In this document: positions 40,521 through 53,559 of the stretch, in pieces
Layout of the letters: every line of letters begins with the position of its first letter
How positions within the stretch are numbered: position 1 is the first letter of the stretch
Assembly (NCBI GenBank): GCA_046563655.1
Contig: CM102287.1
Span: 372,001-436,000 of the forward strand
DNA: 64,000 nt
Direction of reading: 5' to 3'
From: Yuukianura sp. NJ FZ-2021
Lineage: Eukaryota
Position numbers and translations under genes: made by a program
The notes under the pieces: model-generated
The model's database searches: none
Told to the model about the DNA's origin: nothing
What the model saw: only the letters and a program-made list of their open reading frames with translations

Positions 40521-43500
40521 CATAAAAAGTGCTACAGGAACCCCTTTAACTTGCTGTGTCGTCCCTCATCTTGTTACCTTTATTTATGAAAATTCATGTT
40601 TCAAAACAAAGAATTTAAAGGAAATTCATTCCGGAACAATGCTAGGTGAAAGTCAACTACATTTTTGAAATCCTCATAAAAAGTGCTACAGGAACCCACT
40701 TTAACTTGCTGTGTCGTCCCTCATCTTGTTACCTTTATTTATGAAAATTCATGTTTCAAAACAAAGAATTTAAAGGAAATGCATTCCGGAACAATGCTAG
40801 GTGAAAGTCAACTACATTTTTGAAATCCTCATAAAAAGTGCTACATTAACCCACTTTAACTTGCTGTGTCGTCACTCATCTTGTTACCTTTATTTATGAA
40901 AATTCATGTTTCAAAACAAAGAATTCAAAGGAAATGCATTCCGGAACGATGCTAGGTGAAAGTGAACTGCATTTTTGAAATCCTCATAAAAAGTGCTACA
41001 GGAACCCACTTTAACTTGCTGTGTCGTCCCTCATCTTGTTACCTTTATTTATGAAAATTCATGTTTCAAAACATAGAATTTAAAGGAAATGCATTCCGGA
41101 ACAATGCTAGGTGAAAGTCAACTACATTTTTAAAATCCTCATAAAAAGTGCTACATTAACCCACTTTAACTTGCTGTGTCGTCCCTCATCTTGTTACCTT
41201 TATTTATGAAAATTCATGTTTCAAAACAAAGAATGTAAAGGATATGCATTCCGGAACAATGCTAGGTGAAAGTCAACTACATTTTTGAAATCCTCATAAA
41301 AAGTGCTACATTAACCCACTTTAACTTGCTGTGTCGTCACTCATCTTGTTACCTTTATTTATGAAAATTCATGTTTCAAAACAAAGAATTCAAAGGAAAT
41401 GCATTCCGGAACGATGCTAGGTGAAAGTGAACTGCATTTTTGAAATCCTCATAAAAAGTGCTACAGGAACCCACTTTAACTTGCTGTGTCGTCCCTCATC
41501 TTGTTACCTTTATTTATGAAAATTCATGTTTCAAAACATAGAATTTAAAGGAAATGCATTCCGGAACAATGCTAGGTGAAAGTCAACTACATTTTTAAAA
41601 TCCTCATAAAAAGTGCTACATTAAACCACTTTAACTTGCTGTGTCGTCCCTCATCTTGTTACCTTTATTTATGAAAATTCATGTTTCAAAACAAAGAATG
41701 TAAAGGATATGCATTCCGGAACAATGCTAGGTGAAAGTCAACTACATTTTTGAAATCCTCATAAAAAGTGCTACATTAACCCACTTTAACTTGCTGTGTC
41801 GTCCCTCATCTTGTTACCTTTATTTATGAAAATTCATGTTTCAAAACAAAGAATTTAAAGGAAATGCATTCCGGAACAATGCTAGGTGAAAGTCAACTAC
41901 ATTTTTAAAATCCTCATAAAAAGTGGTACAGGAACCCACTTTAACTTGCTGTGTCGTCCCTTATCTTGTTACCTTTATTTATGAAAACTCATGTTTCAAA
42001 ACAAAGAATTCAAAGGAAATGCATTCCGGAACAATGCTAGGTGAAAGTCAACTACATTTTTGAAATCCTCATAAAAAGTGCTACAGGAACCCACTTTAAC
42101 TTGCTGTGTCGTCCCTCATCTTGTTACCTTTATTTATGAAAATTCATGTTTCAAAACAAAGAATTTAAAGGAAATGCATTCCGGAACAATGCTAGGTGAA
42201 AGTGAACTACATTTTTAAAATCCTCATAAAAAGTACTACATTAACCCACTTTAACTTGCTGTGTCGTCCCTCATCTTGTTACCTTTATTTATGAAAATTC
42301 ATGTTTCAAAACAAAGAATGTAAAGGATATGCATTCCGGAACAATGCTAGGTGAAAGTCAACTACATTTTTGAAATCCTCATAAAAAGTGCTACAGGAAC
42401 CCACTTTAACTTGCTGTGTCGTCCCTCATCTTGTTACCTTTATTTATGAAAATTCATGTTTCAAAACATAGAATTTAAAGGAAATGCATTCCGGAACAAT
42501 GCTAGGTGAAAGTCAACTACATTTTTAAAATCCTCATAAAAAGTGCTACATTAACCCACTTTAACTTGCTGTGTCGTCCCTCATCTTGTTACCTTTATTT
42601 ATGAAAATTCATGTTTCAAAACAAAGAATGTAAAGGATATGCATTCCGGAACAATGCTAGGTGAAAGTCAACTACATTTTTGAAATCCTCATAAAAAGTG
42701 CTACATTAACCCACTTTAACTTGCTGTGTCGTCACTCATCTTGTTACCTTTATTTATGAAAATTCATGTTTCAAAACAAAGAATTCAAAGGAAATGCATT
42801 CCGGAACGATGCTAGGTGAAATTGAACTGCATTTTTGAAATCCTCATAAAAAGTGCTACAGGAACCCACTTTAACTTGCTGTGTCGTCCCTCATCTTGTT
42901 ACCTTTATTTATGAAAATTCATGTTTCAAAACATAGAATTTAAAGGAAATGCATTCCGGAACAATGCTAGGTGAAAGTGAACTACATTTTTAAAATCCTC
43001 ATAAAAAGTGCTACATTAACCCACTTTAACTTGCTGTGTCGTCCCTCATCTTGTTACCTTTATTTATGAAAATTCATGTTTCAAAACAAAGAATGTAAAG
43101 GATATGCATTCCGGAACAATGCTAGGTGAAAGTCAACTACATTTTTGAAATCCTCATAAAAAGTGCTACAGGAACCCACTTTAACTTGCTGTGTCGTCCC
43201 TCATCTTGTTACCTTTATTTATGAAAATTCATGTTTCAAAACATAGAATTTAAAGGAAATGCATTCCGGAACAATGCTAGGTGAAAGTCAACTACATTTT
43301 TAAAATCCTCATAAAAAGTGCTACATTAACCCACTTTAACTTGCTGTGTCGTCCCTCATCTTGTTACCTTTATTTATGAAAATTCATGTTTCAAAACAAA
43401 GAATGTAAAGGATATGCATTCCGGAACAATGCTAGGTGAAAGTCAACTACATTTTTGAAATCCTCATAAAAAGTGCTACATTAACCCACTTTAACTTGCT

Positions 43501-46500
43501 GTGTCGTCACTCATCTTGTTACCTTTATTTATGAAAATTCATGTTTCAAAACAAAGAATTCAAAGGAAATGCATTCCGGAACGATGCTAGGTGAAAGTGA
43601 ACTGCATTTTTGAAATCCTCATAAAAAGTGCTACAGGAACCCACTTTAACTTGCTGTGTCGTCCCTCATCTTGTTACCTTTATTTATGAAAATTCATGTT
43701 TCAAAACATAGAATTTAAAGGAAATGCATTCCGGAACAATGCTAGGTGAAAGTCAACTACATTTTTAAAATCCTCATAAAAAGTGCTACATTAACCCACT
43801 TTAACTTGCTGTGTCGTCCCTCATCTTGTTACCTTTATTTATGAAAATTCATGTTTCAAAACAAAGAATGTAAAGGATATGCATTCCGGAACAATGCTAG
43901 GTGAAAGTCAACTACATTTTTGAAATCCTCATAAAAAGTGCTACATTAACCCACTTTAACTTGCTGTGTCGTCCCTCATCTTGTTACCTTTATTTATGAA
44001 AATTCATGTTTCAAAACATAGAATTTAAAGGAAATGCATTCCGGAACAATGCTAGGTGAAAGTCAACTACATTTTTAAAATCCTCATAAAAAGTGCTACA
44101 TTAACCCACTTTAACTTGCTGTGTCGTCCCTCATCTTGTTACCTTTATTTATGAAAATTCATGTTTCAAAACAAAGAATGTAAAGGATATGCATTCCGGA
44201 ACAATGCTAGGTGAAAGTCAACTACATTTTTGAAATCCTCATAAAAAGTGCTACATTAACCCACTTTAACTTGCTGTGTCGTCACTCATCTTGTTACCTT
44301 TATTTATGAAAATTCATGTTTCAAAACAAAGAATTCAAAGGAAATGCATTCCGGAACGATGCTAGGTGAAAGTGAACTGCATTTTTGAAATCCTCATAAA
44401 AAGTGCTACAGGAACCCACTTTAACTTGCTGTGTCGTCCCTCATCTTGTTACCTTTATTTATGAAAATTCATGTTTCAAAACATAGAATTTAAAGGAAAT
44501 GCATTCCGGAACAATGCTAGGTGAAAGTCAACTACATTTTTAAAATCCTCATAAAAAGTGCTACATTAAACCACTTTAACTTGCTGTGTCGTCCCTCATC
44601 TTGTTACCTTTATTTATGAAAACTCATGTTTCAAAACAAAGAATTCAAAGGAAATGCATTCCGGAACAATGCTAGGTGAAAGTCAACTACATTTTTGAAA
44701 TCCTCATAAAAAGTGCTACAGGAACCCACTTTAACTTGCTGTGTCGTCCCTCATCTTGTTACCTTTATTTATGAAAATTCATGTTTCAAAACAAAGAATT
44801 TAAAGGAAATGCATTCCGGAACAATGCTAGGTGAAAGTGAACTACATTTTTAAAATCCTCATAAAAAGTACTACATTAACCCACTTTAACTTGCTGTGTC
44901 GTCCCTCATCTTGTTACCTTTATTTATGAAAATTCATGTTTCAAAACAAAGAATGTAAAGGATATGCATTCCGGAACAATGCTAGGTGAAAGTCAACTAC
45001 ATTTTTGAAATCCTCATAAAAAGTGCTACATTAACCCACTTTAACTTGCTGTGTCGTCACTCATCTTGTTACCTTTATTTATGAAAATTCATGTTTCAAA
45101 ACAAAGAATTCAAAGGAAATGCATTCCGGAACGATGCTAGGTGAAAGTGAACTGCATTTTTGAAATCCTCATAAAAAGTGCTACAGGAACCCACTTTAAC
45201 TTGCTGTGTCGTCCCTCATCTTGTTACCTTTATTTATGAAAATTCATGTTTCAAAACATAGAATTTAAAGGAAATGCATTCCGGAACAATGCTAGGTGAA
45301 AGTCAACTACATTTTTAAAATCCTCATAAAAAGTGCTACATTAACCCACTTTAACTTGCTGTGTCGTCCCTCATCTTGTTACCTTTATTTATGAAAATTC
45401 ATGTTTCAAAACAAAGAATGTAAAGGATATGCATTCCGGAACAATGCTAGGTGAAAGTCAACTACATTTTTGAAATCCTCATAAAAAGTGCTACATTAAC
45501 CCACTTTAACTTGCTGTGTCGTCCCTCATCTTGTTACCTTTATTTATGAAAATTCATTTTTCAAAACATAGAATTTAAAGGAAATGCATTCCGGAACAAT
45601 GCTAGGTGAAAGTCAACTACATTTTTAAAATCCTCATAAAAAGTGCTACATTAACCCACTTTAACTTGCTGTGTCGTCCCTCATCTTGTTACCTTTATTT
45701 ATGAAAATTCATGTTTCAAAACAAAGAATGTAAAGGATATGCATTCCGGAACAATGCTAGGTGAAAGTCAACTACATTTTTGAAATCCTCATAAAAAGTG
45801 CTACATTAACCCACTTTAACTTGCTGTGTCGTCACTCATCTTGTTACCTTTATTTATGAAAATTCATGTTTCAAAACAAAGAATTCAAAGGAAATGCATT
45901 CCGGAACGATGCTAGGTGAAAGTGAACTGCATTTTTGAAATCCTCATAAAAAGTGCTACAGGAACCCACTTTAACTTGCTGTGTCGTCCCTCATCTTGTT
46001 ACCTTTATTTATGAAAATTCATGTTTCAAAACATAGAATTTAAAGGAAATGCATTCCGGAACAATGCTAGGTGAAAGTCAACTACATTTTTAAAATCCTC
46101 ATAAAAAGTGCTACATTAAACCACTTTAACTTGCTGTGTCGTCCCTCATCTTGTTACCTTTATTTATGAAAACTCATGTTTCAAAACAAAGAATTCAAAG
46201 GAAATGCATTCCGGAACAATGCTAGGTGAAAGTCAACTACATTTTTGAAATCCTCATAAAAAGTGCTACAGGAACCCACTTTAACTTGCTGTGTCGTCCC
46301 TCATCTTGTTACCTTTATTTATGAAAATTCATGTTTCAAAACAAAGAATTTAAAGGAAATGCATTCCGGAACAATGCTAGGTGAAAGTGAACTACATTTT
46401 TAAAATCCTCATAAAAAGTACTACATTAACCCACTTTAACTTGCTGTGTCGTCCCTCATCTTGTTACCTTTATTTATGAAAATTCATGTTTCAAAACAAA

Positions 46501-48560
46501 GAATGTAAAGGATATGCATTCCGGAACAATGCTAGGTGAAAGTCAACTACATTTTTGAAATCCTCATAAAAAGTGCTACAGGAACCCACTTTAACTTGCT
46601 GTGTCGTCCCTCATCTTGTTACCTTTATTTATGAAAATTCATGTTTCAAAACAAAGAATTTAAAGGAAATGCATTCCGGAACGATGCTAGGTGAAAGTCA
46701 ACTACATTTTTGAAATCCTCATAAAAAGTGCTACATTAACCCACTTTAACTTGCTGTGTCGTCCCTCATCTTGTTACCTTTATTTATGAAAATTCATGTT
46801 TCAAAACAAAGAATTTAAAGGAAATGCATTCCGGAACAATGCTAGGTGAAAGTCAACTACATTTTTAAAATCCTCATAAAAAGTGGTACAGGAACCCACT
46901 TTAACTTGCTGTGTCGTCCCTTATCTTGTTACCTTTATTTATGCAAACTCATGTTTCAAAACAAAGAATTCAAAGGAAATGCATTCCGGAACAATGCTAG
47001 GTGAAAGTCAACTACATTTTTGAAATCCTCATAAAAAGTGCTACAGGAACCCACTTTAACTTGCTGTGTCGTCCCTTATCTTGTTACCTTTATTTATGAA
47101 AACTCATGTTTCAAAACAAAGAATTCAAAGGAAATGCATTCCGGAACAATGCTAAGTGAAAGTCAACTACATTTTTGAAATCCTCATAAAAAGTGCTACA
47201 GGAACCCACTTTAACTTGCTGTGTCGTCCCTCATCTTGTTGCCTTTATTTATGAAAATTCATGTTTCAAAACAAAGAATTTAAAGGAAATGCATTCCGGA
47301 ACAATGCTAGGTGAAAGTCAACTACATTTTTAAAATCCTCATAAAAAGTGGTACAGGAACCCACTTTAACTTGCTGTGTCGTCCCTCATCTTGTTACCTT
47401 TATTTATGAAAATTCATGTTTCAAAACAAAGAATTTAAAGGAAATGCATTCCGGAACAATGCTAGGTGAAAGTGAACTACATTTTTAAAATCCTCATAAA
47501 AAGTGCTACATTAACCCACTCTAACTTGCTGTGTCGTCCCTCATCTTGTTACCTTTATTTATGAAAATTCATGTTTCAAAACAAAGAATGTAAAGGATAT
47601 GCATTCCGGAACAATGCTAGGTGAAAGTCAACTACATTTTTGAAATCCTCATAAAAAGTGCTACACGAACCCACTTTAACTTGCTGTGTCGTCCCTCATC
47701 TTGTTACCTTTATTTATGAAAATTCATGTTTCAAAACAAAGAATTTAAAGGAAATGCATTCCGGAACAATGCTAGGTGAAAGTCAACTACATTTTTAAAA
47801 TCCTCATCAAAAGTGGTACAGGAACCCACTTTAACTTGCTGTGTCGTCCCTTATCTTGTTACCTTTATTTATGAAAACTCATGTTTCAAAACAAAGAATT
47901 TAAAGGAAATGCATTCCGGAACAATGCTAGGTGAAAGTCAACTACATTTTTAAAATCCTCATAAAAAGTGGTACAGGAACCCACTTTAACTTGCTGTGTC
48001 GTCCCTTATCTTGTTACCTTTATTTATGAAAACTCATGTTTCAAAACAAAGAATTCAAAGGATATGCATTCCGGAACAATGCTAGGTGAAAGTCAACTAC
48101 ATTTTTGAAATCCTCATAAAAAGTGCTACATTAACCCACTTTAACTTGCTGTGTCGTCCCTCATCTTGTTACCTTTATTTATGAAAATTCATGTTTCAAA
48201 ACAAAGAATTCAAAGGATATGCATTCCGGAACAATGCTAGGTGAAAGTCAACTACATTTTTGAAATCCTCATAAAAAGTGCTACATTAACCCACTTTAAC
48301 TTGCTGTGTCGTCCCTCATCTTGTTACCTTTATTTATGAAAATTCATGTTTCAAAACAAAGAATGTAAAGGATATGCATTCCGGAACAATGCTAGGTGAA
48401 AGTCAACTACATTTTTGAAATCCTCATAAAAAGTGCTACATTAACCCACTTTAACTTGCTGTGTCGTCCCTCATCTTGTTACCTTTATTTATGAAAATTC
48501 ATGTTTCAAAACATAGAATTTAAAGGAAATGCATTCCGGAACAATGCTAGGTGAAAGTCA
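40521..48560 (-). repeat. Inverted 155-bp satellite subfamily, about 52 monomers, without the integrase insert
   Basis: Reverse complement of the left monomer (CTTGCTGTGTCGTCCCTCATCTTGTTAC) at an exact 155 period, with fixed diagnostic differences (e.g. AAGTTAAAGT vs AAGTGAAAGT). Confidence 0.98.
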
Positions 48561-49133
48561 TTGAGGCATCGAACAGAGCCGAACTGCTATTTGTGTTCAT
48601 CTTCATAATTCCTTCCGGAAGAGAAAAAAGTGCGGTAGCATGAGAAGCAATTCTTCGGATTTCTATTTTCCCACAGACTGTAGTACAATGAAGAAGAAGA
48701 ACAAGAAGAGAAAAGTGTGTCAATGCACAATCAAATTTTGTGTATAGTTTACACACTCACCATCTCAATAGATCCTTACATTGCATCCCCCCAACTAGCC
48801 CACCCATTGCATTAGTTCAATGAGAGTTTGGGGGTCAATTTGTGTCAAGACACAGAATGACTTCAGGTATAAGTACGGTGATGTTAAAAATACACAGAAC
48901 TCAATTCGTTATATATTGGTACGTTTGTACCAGCACGCAAAATAACCTTCCAGAATAATTCATACCAACAGAGATTAAAAACGACAGCAAGGTTGTAAAA
49001 TATTTACAATTGAATGCAAACAACATGAAAGATTGTGTCCAATTAACCAGGATTATACTTACCTTTTCAATATATCAAAAAATGAAAACATTTTCTGATT
49101 TTGCTTCGATGTACCAGTGGAGTACAGAACTCC

Positions 49134-49243
49134 ACACTACTACCACCACCACCACCACCACCAACATTACCACCACCACCACCAACATCACCACCACCAC
49201 CACCAACATCACCACCACCAACTACAATACCACCACCACCACA
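49134..49243 (+). repeat. (ACC)n microsatellite immediately upstream of a TATA box
   Basis: Direct reading; counterpart (GGT)n at about 54211-54298. Confidence 0.95.
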
Positions 49244-49249
49244 ATTCGT

Positions 49250-49283
49250 TATAAACTTAGCGTTGCTGAAATTTTGTTCAGTT
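49250..49283 (+). promoter_or_regulatory. TATA box + initiator core promoter of zinc-finger gene A
   Basis: TATAAA 49250-49255 and TCAGTT 49278-49283 (A 30 nt after the first T); identical spacing in the paralog. Confidence 0.75.
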
Positions 49284-49356
49284 GCAAGTTTGTATCCGCC
49301 GAGTGCGAACGTACTGTACTACCCATCTAAGCTCTACAATTATTGTAATTTACGTT

Positions 49357-49743
49357 ATGAACGTCTACTGCAAAATTTGTGGCATTCCTTTTTCTCGAAC
49401 GGACGCACTAAATCCACATCGTCGTACTGACGACGGAGCTGGTGTGCCTAAGGCCGAGGCGGATGGAGCTAGAGCGGCAGGAGCCGGGGAGGGAGCACCC
49501 AAGGCCGGTTTGTCTGTGACAGAAGCGAGGGCGGAAGTACCCGGCGCGGTAGGAGCGGGAGTGACCAATGCCGAAGCGGATCGAGCGGGAGTGACCAAGG
49601 CCGAAGCAGGGGGAACGGGAGCGGATGTTACAGGATCGGATCCTCCCAGGCGACGAAAAGGCCGACCGCGCAAATGCGTTGGGATTTCGCCAGATGTGTT
49701 TGCCACGCAACGTACTTTGCGACGAAGGATCAAACGCTTTTAA
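49357..49743 (+). CDS. Small putative DNA-binding protein (128 aa): N-terminal truncated C2H2 finger, Ala/Gly 10-aa repeats, AT-hook-like motif, basic tail
   Basis: MNVYCKICGIPFSRTDALNPHRRT (second His missing) ... GAGVPKAEAD-type repeats ... RRRKGRPRK ... LRRRIKRF*; upstream TATA/Inr; AATAAA at 49789. Confidence 0.65.
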   Translation: MNVYCKICGIPFSRTDALNPHRRTDDGAGVPKAEADGARAAGAGEGAPKAGLSVTEARAEVPGAVGAGVTNAEADRAGVTKAEAGGTGADVTGSDPPRRRKGRPRKCVGISPDVFATQRTLRRRIKRF

Positions 49744-50706
49744 AAAAAATTCTATTTGTTTCAAAAAGTTGTTTTTTTTTGACAACTGAATAAATTTTTT
49801 TTTCGACGGTGAAAAAATTGTGAAATGAGGAATAGATTTTTGATTGCAAATACAAAGTTACATCATTAAAAAAAAAAGTTTTTCTGTTTGCAACTGAATA
49901 AATTCTTGTACTAATTTCTGCGGGTTGCCTACAGTCGTGTGCTGAATAATTTCGCACAAACAGAAACACAACCTCCCACCCACCGCCGCCACAACCACCC
50001 CCACCACGACGACCACCTACCACCTACCACCACCACCCACCACCCACCAAGTCCCGACAACCGTTGGATGAGAGTAGGGGTTAAGAACGTGTCATGGGTG
50101 GGAACTATGTGGAGGGGGAAAGTAGGAAGATATTACGAGGGAATTGCGGGGAAGATTAAGAACATATTACGAGTGTGTAGTGCCACGGCCAGCAGGTTTG
50201 TCAGGATATCTCTGAAAACTCAAGTTCGGTTTCCTGGTTTGTTTCCGCTTAGTTCTTTTTAACAGTATCTAAGGAAATTTCTTTTTGAATTGAAAGCTTT
50301 TTTAATTGAAAGTTTTTTGAATCATGGAAGGCTTGAAATGTGAATGATGTTGTATGATGTACACACGCGCCCTCAAGAACTGAATGCAAACGGTGCGTAG
50401 GAGCCCAGGCCCGTTGCGACTAATCGTTTATATTACGAATTAAATTCGTAAATCCTCGTATGCATATAAACTGCGAATCTGGGTGGGAAGTTATCATTCG
50501 GAACGAAATGGAGGGATTTATGAACAATATGGAGGCACAACGAACGTTTGTTTGGGGATACTAAAAATATATGCCGTGGGTACAGTGGGGTGGCTATAAA
50601 AGTCGTTACCTACCAGTTGTAGCTTAGTGAATTAGGCGCACGGACCTGGGATAGTAATAATAACGTGTAAGTCCTAACATAACAGTGACAGTTCAGTCCA
50701 GTTGGT

Positions 50707-51328
50707 ATGAGTAGGCATCAACCGCTCTTGGCAGGAACTGAAGTAGCAGACCTTCGCGCGTACCTACGAGAGGAAGCCTTAAGCCCCGGAGGCCCACGTG
50801 GACTCGACTGTTACGCCCGTGCTCTTTTTGCCATCGATCGACCAGGCTCAGTCAGCCAAGCAAATTTAAATGAATTCAAACAATGCACCCTCGACGCAGT
50901 TTTCTACCACTGGTACCTCGACGTTCAGGAGTTCTGTAACTCCAGCACTTGGTGTCACTCACTCTTCGTATCAAGAGGGCGAGAATTCTCCGGAATTTGC
51001 AGAGGTATGTTTGTTGAACGATTCTTCACTCTGCTCGGAAGATTTTGGTGCGGCGCCATCGCTGACTACGTCGACGCCGAGTTGCCCAATACGGACGCAC
51101 TCAGTCTCTTCGAAGGGATTGTGTACTTCACAACTTATTAACGAAACTATTTTGCGCGCTGGTGGGAACTGCGACCAATTCGTGCCACCTCTAGTTCACA
51201 CCGATTCTACTTGTATCCAAATTCGTCGAAATATCGATCTGCCGATTCCGTCATGGTTCGCTGCGATGATGTTTGATAACCCGTTCTTGGAGAAATCCTG
51301 GCGAGACAATTTGTCACATGCTAGTTAG
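50707..51328 (+). pseudogene. Orphan gene, probably frameshifted near 51130 (144-aa ORF continuing in the overlapping frame to 51328)
   Basis: Complex protein-like ORF; TATAAAA at 50595 and TTAGT initiator-like motif at 50624; AATAAA at 51368 just after the second frame's stop. No family recognised. Confidence 0.5.
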
Positions 51329-52009
51329 TTTTTTGTAACACAATACAAATTAAAGTACTTGAAAATGAATAAACTCAAGCCGGCTATTCCCTGATTTTGT
51401 GCGTACGTAGAGAAAAGCAATGCCTTGACTCAAAGCTGTTCTAAATTTAAAACCTTAAAATTTCGTGTCATTTTTTTTTTGAAAGAAGACATTGTTGTGA
51501 TGTTCAGATTGATATAATGAGGAGTTGTTGAATTGGTATCTCATTTTCCATTGATATTCACTTGGCGAACAAGCTTGCTAATATTTTGAAGAATCTCAAA
51601 CCGAGGTAATGTGAGTGTGTTCGCCACATTCCATCCGTGTTGAGGAAGTTGACATGATATCATGCAGTGGGATGTGACTTGAACATGGATGTAGTGACTC
51701 CAGCATGCTGTTTGAGAGACGTGTGGGCTGCCAGGAAAAAAAAATTGTATGCCTGCCTCATGTTTCAAACTATTGTTTCTCTGAAATCATTTTCGTAAAA
51801 TATATGCTACGTATCGCGTGTTGTGCAATATTAAAAAATGGAAGTGTTTTTTCTTTTTGTTATGCTGTTTTTGTAATGATTTTGATTTGTAAATGATTTG
51901 TATATTTTGTAAATGATTTAATTGGGATATTTTAATTGAAAATCAGCATATCCCTTCTTGAAATATCATGTACGTCCTAGGGCAAAAAAAAAACTAAATT
52001 TACTTTTCA

Positions 52010-52513
52010 ATGTACCAGCAGGATCGAATGAAGTTAATAAACATTTGCGTAAATTTGAAGAACTACAAACACCACAACAAACTGTCCATAGAATTCTTGG
52101 AAAAAAAAATACCAACAAAAAACAAGCTGGTAATACAAGGAAGAATTTTAAGGTTACTAGAACTAGGGAACAAAACAACACCCCTTCCATCACTTTTTGA
52201 AAGAGATTTTGAATTTGTTAGGGATGAGGAGGAGGAAGAGCATGACGAATATAATACATTTGGTACACCACCAACCTTATCTCCAAAACAATATGACAAA
52301 GCTATAGACTCATATCCACTCAAATGTTTATCAATCAAGGATAGATTACAAAAACGGGGAAACGTTATTACTACAAACGAGGAGTCAATAAGATGGAAAA
52401 AAAATTGTCAAAAACAAATTTGGGAAAACATATATGAGAATTTTTTAAAAAAATCCAGATGTTTGCAGGGACGCGCGCGCCCGCGGTCCCTGCTTTGCCA
52501 TGGTGGGTTTTAA
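52010..52513 (+). CDS. Hypothetical Lys-rich/acidic protein, possibly decayed
   Basis: 167-aa ORF with DEEEEEHDE tract in AT-rich DNA; upstream in-frame ATG near 51968 separated by a stop after an A-run; 3' end runs into the palindrome array. Confidence 0.35.
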   Translation: MYQQDRMKLINICVNLKNYKHHNKLSIEFLEKKIPTKNKLVIQGRILRLLELGNKTTPLPSLFERDFEFVRDEEEEEHDEYNTFGTPPTLSPKQYDKAIDSYPLKCLSIKDRLQKRGNVITTNEESIRWKKNCQKQIWENIYENFLKKSRCLQGRARPRSLLCHGGF

Positions 52514-52875
52514 ACCCAACATGCGACGTGGGGTGTTAATCCCTACTACCCACGTGGGTTTAAACTATGCGTGCAACTTGGGTTTAAACCCTGCTTGCAA
52601 TTTTAAAAATGCACGCAGGGTCTAAAACCCACGTAGACACTGCGTAACTTGGGTTTTAACCCTGCATGCAACTTGGGTTTAAACCCTGCGTGCAACTTGG
52701 GTTTAAACCCTGCGTGCAAATTGGGTTTAAACCCTACCTGCAATTTTAAAAATGCACGTAGGGTTTAAAACCCAAGTTGCACGTAGGGTTTAAACCCAGG
52801 TTGCACGTAGGGTTTATACCAAAGTTGCACGCAGGGTTAAAAGCGATGATGTACGCAGGGTGAAAACCCATGTTG
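52504..52875. repeat. Array of 24-bp units with palindromic core GGGTTTAAACCC, arranged as a larger imperfect inverted repeat
   Basis: TGCGTGCAACTTGGGTTTAAACCC forward copies to about 52735, reverse copies from about 52755; pivot TGCAATTTTAAAAATGCA at about 52596 and 52739. Confidence 0.9.
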
Positions 52876-52984
52876 TTTAGGTAAAAAGGAATGGCATAGG
52901 AACGGCATTTATAATTGCAATTCCTTTCGTTGTTTGTTTTGCATAAGAAGGGTGTGATTATTTTCCTAATTTGGAAAGGCAGAA

Positions 52985-53076
52985 AATAATAAATAAGGGA
53001 TAAATAATAATAAAGGTTAGGTAATAATAATAAGGATAATAATAATAAGGATAATAAATAATAAATAAATAATAAA
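52985..53076. repeat. (TAA)n / TAATAATAAGGA low-complexity tract
   Basis: Direct reading. Confidence 0.85.
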
Positions 53077-53559
53077 TGCCATTGGCAGGTGCATGTTTTT
53101 CGATAAATGTTGAATAAAGTTTTTTTAACTTTTAAAAAATAAATAAGGGAGAAAAAATAACAGAAAGAAGAGCGCCATGGAAATCTATAAATACGGCATT
53201 ATCCTACAAAATTTAAACACCTGACTGCTTTTTCAAAGTGCACATTTTATATTTACAGAATGTCGAGAAGCCCATTTTAATTAGGCCTTGACTGTGCAAA
53301 TGACCTTACACTATGCAATATAATCATTCAGTGTTTTTACTACAACACGTTTACTTCCAATCGTTCATAAATAAAATATGATCAGTTGACTATTCTCAGA
53401 AACTCTACTGCTTACGCAAAATATTCTCCCAAATTTAAAAAGAACGCCTAGTTACTTAATCAGACATTTAAGAAGACCAAATCATAAATTCAGAGATTTA
53501 TTCAAAAGATTGAATTTGTCGTATAACTTGTTCAATGTTCAATGCCTCGGAGAGGACAC

